Part shown: positions 48,971 through 62,700 of the stretch, piece after piece
Layout: every line of letters starts with the position of its first letter
Position numbering within the stretch: the stretch's first letter is position 1
Source: Chiloscyllium plagiosum
Taxonomy: Eukaryota
DNA length: 64,000 nt
Direction of reading: 5' to 3'
Assembly: GCF_004010195.1 (NCBI RefSeq)
Contig: NW_025215375.1
Coordinates: 1-64,000, forward strand
The notes under the pieces: model-generated
What the model saw: only the letters and a program-made list of their open reading frames with translations
Told to the model about the DNA's origin: nothing
The model's database searches: none
Translations under genes and position numbers: made by a program

Positions 48971-49075
48971 GTCGACCCTCTTACTCCTCAGATGCTGCCT
49001 GAACGGCTGTGTTTTTTTTTCAGAACCACACTTTTTGACTCTGATCTCCAGCATCTGCAGTCCTCACTTTCTCCC
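48971..49075 (+). mobile_element. Penelope-like terminal fragment starting at the hammerhead cleavage triplet
   Basis: gtcga...ctcctcagatgctgcctga...ctccagcatctgcagtcctcactttctcc. Confidence 0.7.
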
Positions 49076-49909
49076 TGCTAATACTCACTCATAATCATTT
49101 TCACGGCAGGAATATCACTGTGTGTTTAAACATGTTGCAGTCAGATATGAGTACATTTTGAATTGCTTCTAACTATCTCAGAGCTCAGTATTATAGGATG
49201 TGAATGGCAGTGTCTGTGTGGTGCTTGGTATGTAGGCCATGCCTCTGAGAGTCTGACAGATTATCCCTTCAGTTGTTGACAACAAACCGGTTACTGCATG
49301 GACCCAACCAGCCTGAGCTCACGACACCCAAAGCACAGTGTCCAACATTGGGCAGGTATGGGGACAATACTTTCATTTTCATTTATTCATGGAATATGAT
49401 TGGGCCAGTATTTATTGTCCATCCCTTGTTGCCCATGAGAAGGTGGGAGTGAGCTGCCACATTGACCCACTGCAGTCCATGAGTGATTGAAACATCCAAT
49501 ACCATTGGGGAGTGAGCTTGAAACAGTGACACTGAAGACATGGCAATATACTTCCCAATGAGGATGGTTGGTGGCTTGGAACGGAAAGCGAACATGATGA
49601 TGATCCCAAGTATTTGCTTCCCTTGTCATTCTTGACGGCCATGGTTTCAGAGGTACGTTGTAAGAAGCCTTGAATAAACTTCTGCAGAGCACCGTGTAGA
49701 TGGCAGGTATTGCTGCTCCTGAGTGTCAGTGGATGAGGGGTGAAGCTGCATGCACACAGGTAAATGGGGAGGGAGCGGGTATTTCATCGCACACACATTC
49801 AATTTGTGTCTTATAGATGGTGTGCAGGCTTTTTGAAATAATGAGTGACGTTATTTATGCAAGATTCCTAGCCCTTGAGATATTCTTGTAGCCAATTAAC
49901 TTATATGCC

Positions 49910-50000
49910 TCAAAGTGTGGTGCTGGAAAAGTACAACAGGTCAGGCAGCATCTGAAGTACAGGAGAATCGACGTTATAGCATAAGCCCTTTACAGGAATG
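49910..50000 (-). mobile_element. Penelope-like terminus with a degenerate hammerhead core, nested in the LINE
   Basis: Minus strand cattcctgtaaagggcttatgctataacgtcgattctcctg..cagatgctgcctgacctg. Confidence 0.75.
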
Positions 50001-50498
50001 GGTAATGACATTATATGCTCTGTCCAGTTCTGGTTAATAGTAATCCCTGTGATATTGGTCGTGGGGAGTTCAGTGCTGGTAGTGGCATTGAATGTTAGAG
50101 CATATTGTTTCATTTTCAATTGTTAGAGGTAATCGTTGTCTGGCATGTGTGCAACAGAAATTGTACTTGTCACTGTTAAGCTCACAACTTCATATTCCCA
50201 GGTCCTTGTTACATTTGGACAAGGACTGCTTCAGTATCTGAGTAAATTACAAATGGTGTTGAACATTTTCCAATCATTGGCAAACATCCCCAGTTGTTAC
50301 TTCACTTGAGTAGGGATGGTCATTTATGAAGCAGCTGAAAACTATTGGGCCTAGGGAGCTCTTATAGCTCACTGATGCTGTCCCTCTCTCTGAGCTAGGA
50401 AGCGTGATTCTAGTTCCACCTGCTCCAGAGGTGTCCAACAACATATCTGAATGGGATAATATTATAATATCTACCACAAGGAGCTGAGCAAGTACTTG

Positions 50499-50710
50499 GG
50501 TAGCTCAATCAGTTGGACGGCTGGATTGTAATGCAGATTAATGCCAACAGTTTGGGTTCAATGCATGCACTGACTGAGGTGCCTGAAAAGGGCAGTCCTA
50601 CTCAAGCTCTCCCTCACTTGAGGCATGATGACTATCCAGTTAAACTACCACCAGTCGTTTCTTCTAACGGGAGAACAACCCTATCACCCTGTAGGGGTAT
50701 GGTGCCCTAC
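50499..50710 (+). mobile_element. tRNA-derived SINE
   Basis: tagctcaatcagttggacggctgg...tgggttcaat...ttaaactaccaccagtcgt. Confidence 0.7.
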
Positions 50711-51620
50711 AGTTCCATTTTTGATCTACGGCTTATCCAGAAACCCCGCCCCTGGGGAACTGCGGCGGAGCTGAGATGGCTGTTCTGCACCAACCCCAGC
50801 CACGTTCCTTTGTACCAGCTGTAACTTATGCCACTGCAGACGATTCGTATTTGCTCCAGGTTTGCTATTAATCCTGGCTACGACATTTGGTCAAATGCAG
50901 TTATGATCAAGTTAAAAGTGCAGTCACTGTCACCCCACCTTTAGATTTCAGCTATGTTCTCTTGTACATCGTTAAACCAAGGCTTCAATGAGCCCAGGAG
51001 ATGAGAGCCCAAACTGAGCTTTAGCGAGCAGGTTACTGCTGAGGAAGTGCTGTTTGATCCCACTGTAGGTGTCATCTGCCATCCCTTTATAAATGACAGG
51101 GATTAGAGCAAAGGCGCAGTCATTGATTGTCTTATGTTTTGTCTGTGTGTGTACAGGACACACCCTGATAGTTTTCCACATTTTCAGGGAGATACCAGTG
51201 CTGTATCCCAGCAGGAACAGCCTGAATGGAATGTTATCGGGGCCCACAGACTTTGCATTCTCCAGCTGATTGTAAATACCACACACAGTGAATCGGCTTA
51301 GCTGAAGACTGCATCTGGAGGAGATTAAAATAGATCATCCCATCGATATTTCTGTCTGAACATTGTTGTGAAAGTTTCAGCCTGAGCTTTTCTATTATTG
51401 TGCTGGGCTATTCAATATTTGAGGAAGGTGGTATTTGTGGATTCTCCTCTTCTGGTGAGTTATGTGATTGTCCACCACCACTCACCCGGATTGTAGAGTT
51501 TAGGTCTGATTATTTGGTTAGATCTGTGTATCATTTGCTATTTTTACCATGTGGTGAGTAAGTGGACCAATTTAGTAACGTCATCTCATTCTGAGATGTA
51601 TTTAGTGCTACTATAGGCAG

Positions 51621-52060
51621 GCATTCCTGTTTTCTCTATTTAACAAGGCTGTAGCCCTGGCTTGACTCCCATCCCTCAGCCTCACTGTGTCAGATCAAAC
51701 ACTGACACGGAAACCTCCTGCTGACTCCCCTCCCTCGCATTCCTGTTTTCTCTATTTAACAAGACTGTAGCCCTGGCTTGACTCCCCTCCCTCAGCCTCA
51801 CGGTGTCAGATCAAACACTGACACGGAAACCTCCTGATGACTCCCCTCCCTCAGTCTCACGGTGTCAGATCAAACACTTACACGGAAACCTCCTGCTGAC
51901 TCGCCTCCCTCAGTCTCACAGTGTCAGATCAAACACTGACACGGAAACATTCTTTTGACTCCCTTCCCTTAGCCCCACGGTGTCAGATCAAACACTGACA
52001 CAGAAGCCTCCTACATCCCTCCCTACCTCTCTGCACACTAACAAAATCAAACCCTGACAC
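51621..52060. repeat. 59-bp tandem repeat with an internal hairpin, plus a 116-bp higher-order duplication
   Basis: Unit gactcccctccctcagcctcacggtgtcagatcaaacactgacacggaaacctcctgct at 51664, 51780, 51839, 51898, 51957. Confidence 0.93.
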
Positions 52061-52249
52061 NNNNNNNNNNNNNNNNNNNNNNNNNNNNNNNNNNNNNNNN
52101 NNNNNNNNNNNNNNNNNNNNNNNNNNNNNNNNNNNNNNNNNNNNNNNNNNNNNNNNNNNNNNNNNNNNNNNNNNNNNNNNNNNNNNNNNNNNNNNNNNNN
52201 NNNNNNNNNNNNNNNNNNNNNNNNNNNNNNNNNNNNNNNNNNNNNNNNN
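52061..52249. other. Assembly gap
   Basis: Run of N. Confidence 1.
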
Positions 52250-52720
52250 AAAACCTACACCACTCCCTACCTCTCTAACCCCCCTCAAATCCAATACCAC
52301 TCTCTATCCCTCTCATATTTTCCAACGCTTTCACCTCTCCCTAACTCTGCAACCTCCTCCAAACTCAAATCTCTCCTTATCTCTCTCACCGACTCTAAAA
52401 TTTGCACCCTCGTTATTCTTCTCACCACCTCCAAACCCTATATCCCTCCCTATCTCTATAATCTCCTTCATCATCTACATATCTCCCTTTATCTGTGACT
52501 TACTCCAGCCCCTACAAACCCTACATGTCTCTCTAAGCTGCTCTCCCATATACCCTGTCACTGTAACCTCGTCCAGCCACTCCCCGCTCCCGACGTTTGT
52601 AAACCTCATCCAACCACTAGACTCTCCTGATCTCTGTAACCTTATCCAACCTCTCTATACCGCCCCATTTTTTCTGGCATTCTCTAGTACCTCTACCTTT
52701 TCTTATGTATATAACCTCCA
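52250..52720. repeat. Degenerate pyrimidine-rich minisatellite (ccctatctctgtaacctcctccagcccctac-like)
   Basis: Recurring tctctgtaacc/ctccagcccctaca; also at ~54890-55520 and ~59520-60050. Confidence 0.75.
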
Positions 52721-52724
52721 TGAA

Positions 52725-54885
52725 CACGTTTAGTTTAGTGAATGAAAGGGATAGGTATATGCCATAGGGCACGAGTTATCAATGGGGGAAGGGCACCTGT
52801 AATACGATTAGGCAGGACTTAGGATGCATAGAGTGGGGTAGCAAAATGCAGGGATGGTGAAAATCGAAATGTGAAGCTCGTTTGGAGAACATACATCACG
52901 TGTCCTTGAATAACATGCCCCTATCAGGCAAGGAGGAAGTGATAATATAAGGGAACCGTGGTTTACTACAGAAATCACATCGATTGTTCAGCAGAAGAAG
53001 GAGGCTGATATGACGATGTGACGATGAGACGATGGAGAGTTACAGATTAACTCGGAAGGATTTAAAGAGAGAGTTAAGAAGAGCAAAGAGAAGACATTTG
53101 TAGTCTTTAGCAGGTCGAATAAAAGAGAATCCTAAAGCTTTGTAGAGGTACGTTAGGAAGAAAAGGATAACTAGGGTAGGAATAGAGCCAGTCAAAGACA
53201 CAAGTGGGAAGTTGAGTGTGGATTCTGTGGAGATTGGAGAGGTGCTAAACAAACATTTCTCCTTGGTTTTCTCTCAGGAAAAGGTAAATATTATAGAGAA
53301 GGTGAATGAGATACGAAATATTTAATTGAAAGAATCTAGGTTAATAAGGAAGATGTTTTATCAATTCTAGAAGGGTTGAAAGTGAAAACGTCCCCTGAGT
53401 CGGATGGAATTTATTCGAGCATTCTCTGGTGCGCTAGGGAGGAGTTGTTGGAGCTTTTGGCTTTGATATTTGAGTCTTCATTGTCTACAGGTTTAGTACC
53501 AGAAGACTGGAGGATTGTAAATGGTGTCCCTTTGTTCAAGAAAGGCAGAACAGATGACCCAGGCAATTATAGACCAGTGAGTCTTATGTCTGTGTAGGAA
53601 AGGTTTTGGAAAGGATTATAAGAGATAGGATTTATGATCATCTAGCAAGCAACAATTTGACTGCAAATTGTCAACATGGTTTCCTCAATGGCAGGTCGTG
53701 TCTCACAAATCTCATTGTGGGATTTGAGAAGGTAACCACGCATGTAGATGAGGGTAGGAATTTGACGTGGTTTACATGGACTTCAGTATAACCTTTGATA
53801 AGTTTCCACATATTAGGCTGTTGGAGAAAATGCACATGCATGGAAACGAGGGTGAGTTAGCAGTTTGGATTCGAAACTGGCTTTCTGTAAGAAGGCAGCG
53901 CGTGGTGATTGATGGAAAATATTCGATTTCTCGTGGTATGCCACAAGGATCTGTTTGGGAGCACTGTTTGTCATTTTTATACATGACTTAGATGCAGGCA
54001 TATGTGGATGGCTTAGTAAGTCTGCAGATGATACTAAAGTCGGAGGAGTAGTGAACAGTATCGAAATAATTTGTGGGTTGCAGGGGGTCTTGGATAAACT
54101 GCAGAATTGGGCTGAGAGGTGGCAAATAGAGTTCAATAGATAAACATGAGGTGATTCACTTTGGGAAGAATACCAGGAAGGCAGAATACTGGATCAATGG
54201 AAAGATTCCTGGTGGTGTGGATGTGCAGAGGGATCTTAGTGTCCATGTACATAGATCCCTGAAAGTTGCCACCCAGGTTGTAATGCTGTTAAGAAGGCAA
54301 ACGGTGTGTTAGGTCTGATTGGTAGAGGGATTGATTTCCGGAGCCGTAATGTCATGCTGCAAATATACAAACCGCTAGTGCGGCCTCACATGGAATATTG
54401 TGCACAGATCTGGTCGCCCCATTACAGGAATGATGTGGAAGCATTGGAAAATGTGCAGAGGAGATTTACCAGGATGTTGCCTGGTCTGGAGGGAAGGTCT
54501 TTATGTGGAGAAGCTGAGAGACCTGGGTCTGTTTCATTTGGAGATAAGAAGGCTAAAGGGCATTTTATAGAGACATACAAAATGATCAAAAGATTAGCTA
54601 GAACAGACAGTTAAAACCTTTTCCCTCAGATGATGATATCAGGTTGTACGAGGGGACATAGGATTAAGATTGATGTCAGAGGCAGGTTCTTTAATCAGAA
54701 AGTGGTAAGAGCGTGGAATGCCTTGCCTGCCAATGTACTTAACTCAGCCACATTAAACAATCCTTGGATATGCCTATGGATGATGATGGGATTGTGTAGG
54801 GGGAGTTTCTTAGATTGGTTTGCAGGTCGGTATAACATCGAGGAGCAAAGAACCTGTTCTGCGCTGTATTGTACTATGTTCTAGA
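52725..54885 (+). mobile_element. CR1 LINE (linker-RT-3' tail) inserted in the pyrimidine-rich repeat
   Basis: VPEDWRIVNGVPLFKKG..NYRPVSL; QHGFLNGRSCLTNL; SADDTK; PHMEYCAQIWSPHY; tail tgtattgtactatgttcta. Confidence 0.95.
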
Positions 54886-55239
54886 AACACTTATATCTTT
54901 CCCCATTCAGTAACCACACCTAGACGCCACAGCCCTCTTCATCTCTGTAACCTCCTCTACCCACTTCATCCTTCTTATATTTATGTAAACTCCTCCAGCC
55001 GCTCTACCCACCCATACCTCTGTGAACGTCATCCATCATCGACTGTCTTCCTGACCTCTGTCACCTCATCTCGCCTCTCCACACCTCCCTATATCGCTGA
55101 CATCCTCCAATATTAAACCTATTCTTATCTGCATAACCTCCACCAACGCATACATATTCCAGCCCTCCACCCCTATTGATCTATCTAATCCCCTGCAGAA
55201 TCTTCAGTCCTTCATATCATCGTGACTTCCTTCATCACG

Positions 55240-58200
55240 TATATCCTTCCAAATCTCTGGAACCCACTCTGGCAATTACATACTACCCTCTCGCTATAAA
55301 CTCCACAAGCTTCTCCACTCCTCCTTCCCTTTGGAAACACTTACAGCCCCTACAGTCTTCACGAAGTTTGTAAAGTCTTCTAGCACATACACCCGTCCGT
55401 ATCTCGGGAATCTCCCTGTTCTGTTGCAGCTTCCCCACACCTGTGACACCCTCCTGAAACTATTGCTCCATTCACTGTAACCTCATTTAACCTGAAGCTC
55501 CTCCATATCTCTGTGAAGTTTTCACTGAATTCATTGACAGTGCATCCACAATCTTTGGAATGGCGAATACTGAAAACGCTGAGACCATTTGAGGGATGTG
55601 TTTTCACATCATCTTAGTCCCAGATAACTTGTCCCTTATCGTGAGATCTTGTCATCATGTTTTAGATTCCCAAACCCACAGGCATAGTTTCTCAGCATCT
55701 GCCTTATCAATCTCTCTCCACTCAGAAACTTTTGCACCTCAATCAAATCACTTCTCCTTTTCCTGAGACTCAAGAATATCGACTAAATCTAGTCACAAAC
55801 GCAGCAAGGGAAACTCAGATGCCAAACAGTGAAACATTATTGTATTATTCATTGATAGGTATCAGACATTGCTGGCTGGGCCATCATTTATTGCCCATAC
55901 ATTGTTGTTCTGGACATGGTGGCCGTGCACTGCCCATTTGAACTGTTGCAGTCACTTTGGTGCAAGGTCACCCACAATAATGTTAGGGAATGAAAGGCAG
56001 CATATTCATCGAGCATATTCATCGAGTGACACCCGTGAGACTGAGATATAGTTCCCAGTCGGAATGGTAACTTGCAGGGTTAGTGTTTCTGTAGATCTGT
56101 TGCCCTTGCTACTTCAGATGATCAAGGCTTGGAAGGTGCTGTTGAATGGACTTCGTTAAATGTCTGCAATGTATCTTGTAACTGGAACGCACTGTTTCCA
56201 TTAATAGTTCATAGTGGAAGTAGTGAATGTTGTGGATGTCGTGGCAATCAAACTGAACTACACATGTACCCTTTCTTATACATGGGCAGCATAGCTGTTT
56301 GAGTTATGGTCTTAGCTACTTTTTGGCAATACGATTTCAATTTGTTTCAATCAGTGAATCCATGTAATTTAAATAAACAATTATCTGCTGAAATGAGTTT
56401 GTAATTGACTGCATGGTCGCTGTGCCATTGCAATGTGGAACACAACACGATCAGGACAGGATGCGGTTGTTGAACCCCTTGCGCCTGTCCCACAATTTAA
56501 GGAGATTATAACTGATTTGTTACATAACTCCTTTTACCTGCTTTTGGCCCAAATCTGTCATGACCCTTCCTTCGCAAAAGGGTTTCTATCGCAGGTAATC
56601 AGGTGTAAACAAAGAACGAAACAATACCAACCAAAACAGGCAACAAGAAGGATATTGAGTGGATAACCTAAACGTTGTTGAGGGACAATTTGATGATGGA
56701 ATAATGTCCTTCACTTATTGCTTTTGCTTCAGTTGAGAATATTTTCTTCAACAAAGATAATCATGCAACTTTTCAAAGTAAGAAATAAAAGATTTAGATT
56801 GTGTTTGGCATGTGTCAAGGAGGTTGCATAGGAAAAGTGGGAAATTGGGTGGAGGTAATAAAACTCAGTTCAAGAGCCAGTGACAACACTATGGGCCTTC
56901 TTTACTCTAACAATACTATAATTATGAATGAACTTGTATGGATTAATTATTCACAAAAAGACAGGAAACGGAGTGAAGAATTTATGTTAATTTTTGTGTG
57001 GGAATGTGTGCGGTGGGGAAGATGTAAATATTTATGAAAATTAAACGGGCCTCCACATGGGCAAGGTCATTGCAAATGACATATAGTGCAGAAAAGTGAA
57101 GTTATCCACTTTATTGAAGAAATTAATGGAAATTATATTTCGTTAATTGTGAAACGTTGAAAATGTGCTGATGTCTAACTTACAGGTGCAGCAAGCTATT
57201 TGAAAAGACAGTGGAATGAGAACCTTCGTTGTCAGAGGATGTCAGCACAAGAGAAGAGATGTCTTGCTTCAGTTGGAGAGGAACTTGGCCAGACTGCACC
57301 TGGAGGAATCTGTGCAGTTTTGTTTCTTTCTCTCTGTAAATATTTTATTGCTATAGAGAGAGGAAAGGGAAGGTTCAATAAGCTTCTACCAAGGACAATG
57401 CTATCAAAGAGGTCCATGAGAAACTTGGCCTGTGTTCCCTGGTGTTTCAAGGAATGAAAGTTATTTTCATTGGAAGTTACAGAACACTGATTAGATTCCT
57501 GATTCTAACTAATTTCTGGCTATTCGTGTACCATTTATAAATTCAGTTGTATTCTGAACTGTGTCTCACTCCAATGGGAGGCAGGTTGATGTTATCACAA
57601 ACACAGGAACAGAAGCAGACTGGATACCATAAGGCATAGGAACAAAGTATGCCCAGCAGCTCACCGAGTATGTTCTGCTTTTCAGTTCAATGATGTTTGT
57701 TCTTATAATCCCCAACTCCACTTTCCTGCATTTTCCCCGTCACCTATGATTTACTGACTGAATAAAAATATGTCTCTCCGCCTTGAACATATTTTCAAAG
57801 TCTTCTGTATTTGTTTCCCTCACTGATATGAGACTTGGTACTCTTTATTTCTCTTGTGTATTTCTAGCACACTTTGTTGAACTGAAATTAGAGGCCGACC
57901 TCTCTTATCGCACCTCCACTCTGTTCAAAAGCACAACAAATAAATAAAGTTCAGAGCCTGTTATTATCTCCCTCTTCTTTCATATCAGGTTAAGGTAAAG
58001 TTAATACAGACCTGGGGATTTGTCCACTCTTTACTTTGTCAAAATTTTCAGTTCTTCCTCCCAATCTCTATCAATCTGTTAAAGGGTCACACAGTCACTC
58101 TCCCTGAATCCAGGTACTCCTTCGCCCAAGTGAAGACGGATATGAAATACGTGTTTCACGTATTTTCTGGCTGTGTGCACAGGCTGACTCCTTGATCCAT

Positions 58201-59517
58201 AATAATTGCCATTCTTTCCCATGTTATCCTCTTCCCCAGATATGTGGATAGAGTATCTTGTGCTTCTTACTAATCTTAGCCGCAAATGTTTTATCACACC
58301 ACCTTTATTCTCTTCTACTGATGTCCTTAACTTTAGTGCTGCACTTTCTACATTATTAAGGGAATCCATTGATCTGCTCACTTTATAGCTGATTTAAGCT
58401 ACTCTTAACTTTGTCATTCAGCTCTGAATATTTGCAGACGTCGGCGTGTCTCTGGAATTGTTTTCCTAAACTTGATCTTAGATTGTAACATATTGGGCCC
58501 ATAATCTCATCAATTCCATTATGAGCATGTGCACTCGTCCCCACTCCACGCTGTTCGACGACAGCTTTACCCAGAAGTAAATGTACCCAGACTACTTTGG
58601 CCAGATCCTGTTTTCTCATCAACTCAGTCTACCCAATCCAAAACCTTATATTTTGAAGACTTTTTTTGCCTTTTCTTTAAGGAACTTAAAATATATGATG
58701 TTATGGTCATTGGTCCTAAAATTCTCTCCCAATCCTGCCTTGAACATATGACTGGCTTATTTCTCCACAATAAGACCCAGCAATGCATTGTTGTATCTTC
58801 TACTTGTTGATATGAGAAGTTCTCAGCAATAAATTTCAACATATATGTCTCTGTTTAAAAGCACATGACTACCCAATAAATGTTGGATATTGAAAAGCAT
58901 AAATAGAATTACCTTCTTATTGTTTTATATACGACAGTAATTGGTGACACAATAGCTCCTGTACTTTCTTCTAATTGGGCGTCTTAATATGACCCTAGTA
59001 ATGTATCTGTCATCTTTAGATTAGATTAGATTACTTACAGTGTGGAAACAGGCCCTTCGGCCCAACAAGTCCACACCGCCCGCCGAAGCGCAACCCACCC
59101 ATACCCCTACATGTTCCCCTTACCTAACACTACGGGCAATTTAGAATGGCCAATTCACCTGACCTGCACATCTTTGGACTGTGGGAGGAAACCGGGCACC
59201 CGGAGGAATTCCACGCAGGCACGGGAAGAACGTGCAAACTCTGCACAGTCACCTGAGGCGGGAAATGAACCCGGGTCTCTGGCGCTGTGAGGCAGCAGTG
59301 CTAACCACTGTGCCACCGTGCCGCCAACTTTGTATTCCATTCTCTACCCACGAAGCCTCAATTGAAGACCCTTCCACAACATCATCCCTCTTTACTGCAG
59401 TGATTGACTCCTTAATTAGTAAAACCAAATTATGTCCAGCCTATAGTTCCTGTACTACAGAATATTAAGTTGTCAATCCTGATTCCTTCAACCATATCTC
59501 TGATGGCAAAAATGTCA
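55240..59517. repeat. Tandem segmental duplication, copy 1
   Basis: Colinear similarity with 59800-63663; shared end tctctgatggcaaaaatgtca. Confidence 0.9.
59017..59325 (-). mobile_element. Young full-length HE1-like V-SINE specific to duplication copy 1
   Basis: (ttaga)n tail, intact head; empty site ctgtcatctttttattcc at 63466-63483. Confidence 0.95.
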
Positions 59518-59799
59518 CTCCATCCAAAGTACACCTGCCTATCTCTGTATGCTCTGCAGACCCTCCCAATTTCTGTATCCTAGTCAAGACCCGACACATT
59601 TCCCAATCTCTGTAACATCCAACAGCCCCCTACAACTCTCCCGATCTCTGGAATCTCGTCCAGCCCCAACAACACTCCCTATCTCTGTAAACTCCTACAG
59701 TCACTACACACCTCCCTATTTCTGTAACATTTCCACTCCTCCACCCCAACTGATCTCCAGCATCTCCAGCATCTCACTGAGGATTACTCTAGCACTACG

Positions 59800-62700
59800 T
59801 CGATCCACAGGGCTTGAACTCACTCTCGGAATTACATACCTCCCTATCGCTATAAAAACCTCAAGCTGCTCCTGTCATCTCTATTGTTGTAAACTCTTCC
59901 AGCACCTACAGCCTTCTCTAACATCCAGCCCGTAAACCCGTCACTATCCAGGCAATCTCTCTGTTCTATTTCAGCTTTCCTATATCTGTGACATCCCTTT
60001 GCTCTTATATCTCCCTATTTCTGTAAGCTCCTCTAACCCTGAACTGCTCCTTTCTCTGAGCTTTTCATTGTTTTCATTCACAATGCATCTACAATTCTTA
60101 AGATGGCGAATACTGAACACTCTAATATCCTTTGATTTCACATCCTCTCAGACCCAAATAAATTGCCCGTTATCCCAAGACCCTGTTATCGTGTTTTGGA
60201 CTCCCTGACCCACAGAAATAATTTTTCACATCTGCCCAATCAAGCCCTTGCAATTCAAAATCTTTTATATTACAATCAAATCACGTATCCATTTCCTGAA
60301 ACTCAAAAATATAGATCAAGTTTATTCCGAAAGCGAAACCCAGATTGCAAGCTGTGAAAATTTAGTGCATTATTGATTGATAGGTATCAGCCACTGCTGT
60401 CTGGCCATCATTATTTACACATAGATTGTTATTCTGGACAAGGTGGTGGTGCGCTGCCCACTTGAGCATTTGCAGTCAATTTGGTGCAGGGACACCCACA
60501 ATAATTTGAGGGAAAGAAAGCCTGGATATTCATCAAGAGAAACCCATGGAATAGAGATGTATTTCCGTGTCAGGACAGTCACTGAGTTTATGTGTAACTT
60601 GCAGGGGGCGGTGTTTCCATGGATTTGTTGCCCTTGATGTTGCAGATCGTCATGGCTTGGAAAGTGTTTTCGAATGAACTTTGGTAAATGTCTACAATGT
60701 ATCTTGTTAGATTCATTGTTTCCATTGAGAGTTAATGGTGGAGGCAGTGAATGGTGTGGATGTGGTGGCAACCAGGTTAGACAGCAAATGCACCCTTCCT
60801 TATACATGGACAGCATTACGTTTCCGGGTATGTTTCTAGATTTTTTTTTAGCAATATGAATTCATTTTGTTGCAATCAGCGACTCCATGTGATTTAATTC
60901 GTCATTTATCTGTTGAAATGAATTTGGAATTGGCAGTATGGTCACCATGCCATTTCAACATATAACACAAGACCATAGGAACAGGAAGAGGTTGTTGAAT
61001 CCTTTGCACCTGTTCCGCAATTTAAGGAGATTATAATTGAGTTGTTGCCTAACTCTGGTTTACCTGCCTTTGGCTCAAATCTGTCACGACCTTTTCTTTG
61101 CAAAAAGTTTTCAATCTCAGTAATTAAGGTGTAAACAAAGAACTGGACAACACCAACCAAAACAGGGAACAAGATGGATGTAGAGTGGATAACCTGAAGG
61201 GTATCAAGTCAAACTTGACAAAAGAAGCTGCTGAGGGTCAATTTGAATGCCAGGGTGATGTACTTAATCCATTGCCTTTTCTTCAGTTGAGAATATTTAC
61301 TGAGAGGAGATTGTTCTTCAACAAAGATTGTTATATTGCTTTTCAGTGAAAGAAGTAAAATAAGTAGATTGTATTAAAGATGAGTCAGGGAGGATACAGT
61401 GGAAAGGCATGATAATGGGTGGAGGTAATGATGCGCATGTGAAGAGCCTGTGAATGCACACTGGGCCTCCTGCGCCCTAACAATTCTAGCATTACGAATG
61501 TACTTGACGGATTAATTATTAGTGAAAAGACAGTAAACAGAGTGTTGGACTAAAACGTGATTCTTGTATGGGAATGTGTGCAGTGAGGAAGCTGTTAAGA
61601 TTTATGAGGATTGAATAGGTGTCCACATGGGCAAGATCAGTGCAAATGTCATCATGTGGAAACAGAATGTTATCCAACTTTTTGGCGAAATTGTTGTGCA
61701 GTATAATTCTTAAATCTTAAAATGTTGGAAAGTACAGTTTTAAATAAACCTAAGTTTTAAATAAACCTTGTCTATAAGTTGCCGACGTCTAACATACAGC
61801 TTCAGCAAACTAGTTGGAATGTCAGTGGTATGTGAACTTCTATTGTCAGAGGATTTCAGCACAGGAGGAGTGACGTCTTGCTTCAGTTGAGCAGGAGCTT
61901 GGCCAGATTGTACATGAAGGACTATTTGCAGTTATGATTCTTTATCTCAGGAAATATATTATTGCCACAGAGGGATGGTAAGCAGGTTCAATAGACTACT
62001 TCCAAGGAAAATTCTATCAAAGAGGGCCATGACAAACTTGTTCCCTAGTGTTTCAAAAAAATGAGACTATATTTCATTTAAAGTTATAAAATACTAATTG
62101 GCTTCCTGCTTTAAACGTATTTATGGCTATCGGTATATTATTTATAAATTCCTTGAATTAGTCAGCTGCATTCTGAACTGTGTCTCAGAGAGTGGTTGTT
62201 CCTGCGAACACAGGGATAGTAGCAGACTGGATACCATAAGACATAGCAACAACAGTAGGCCCAGCAGCTCACCGAGTATGTCCTGCCTTTCAGTTCAATG
62301 ATGTTTGTTCTGATAAGCCTCAACTCCACTTTCCTGCATTTTCCTCATAACCTTTGATTCATTGATTCAACATATGTCTCTCAGCCTTGAAGATACTTAA
62401 TGATCCAGGCTCAATAGCTTTCAGAATCTTGTATAATTGTTTCTCTCTCACTGATATGAGATTTGGTAGTTTCAATTCTCTCGTTTGTTTCTAGCACTCC
62501 TTGTTGAATCTACAATTGATTGCAATCCTGTTCTATCGCACATCCTCTGTGGCAAAGCACAGTGGAAAAAAGATGGTCAGAGCCTGTAACTTCCACCTTC
62601 TTTTCCCATATCAGTTAAGATACAGCTTATCCAGATCTGGGGATGAATCCACTTTTTATTCTGCTACTCTTCACGATTCTAATAAGCCTTCCTCCAAACT

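Larger units (their letters stand above)
49383..51520 (-). mobile_element. Second CR1/jockey-group LINE family, RT to 3' end, with nested insertions
   Basis: KSVGPDNIP...WKTIRVCPVH...SNLLAKAQFG; SSLGPIVFSCFINDHP; 3' end ttattcatggaatatg..tgggccagtatttattg. Confidence 0.85.

Noticed and set aside
51664..52060. Palindromic repeats resembling CRISPR direct repeats
   Set aside because: The intervening sequence is itself repeated, so this is a tandem repeat.
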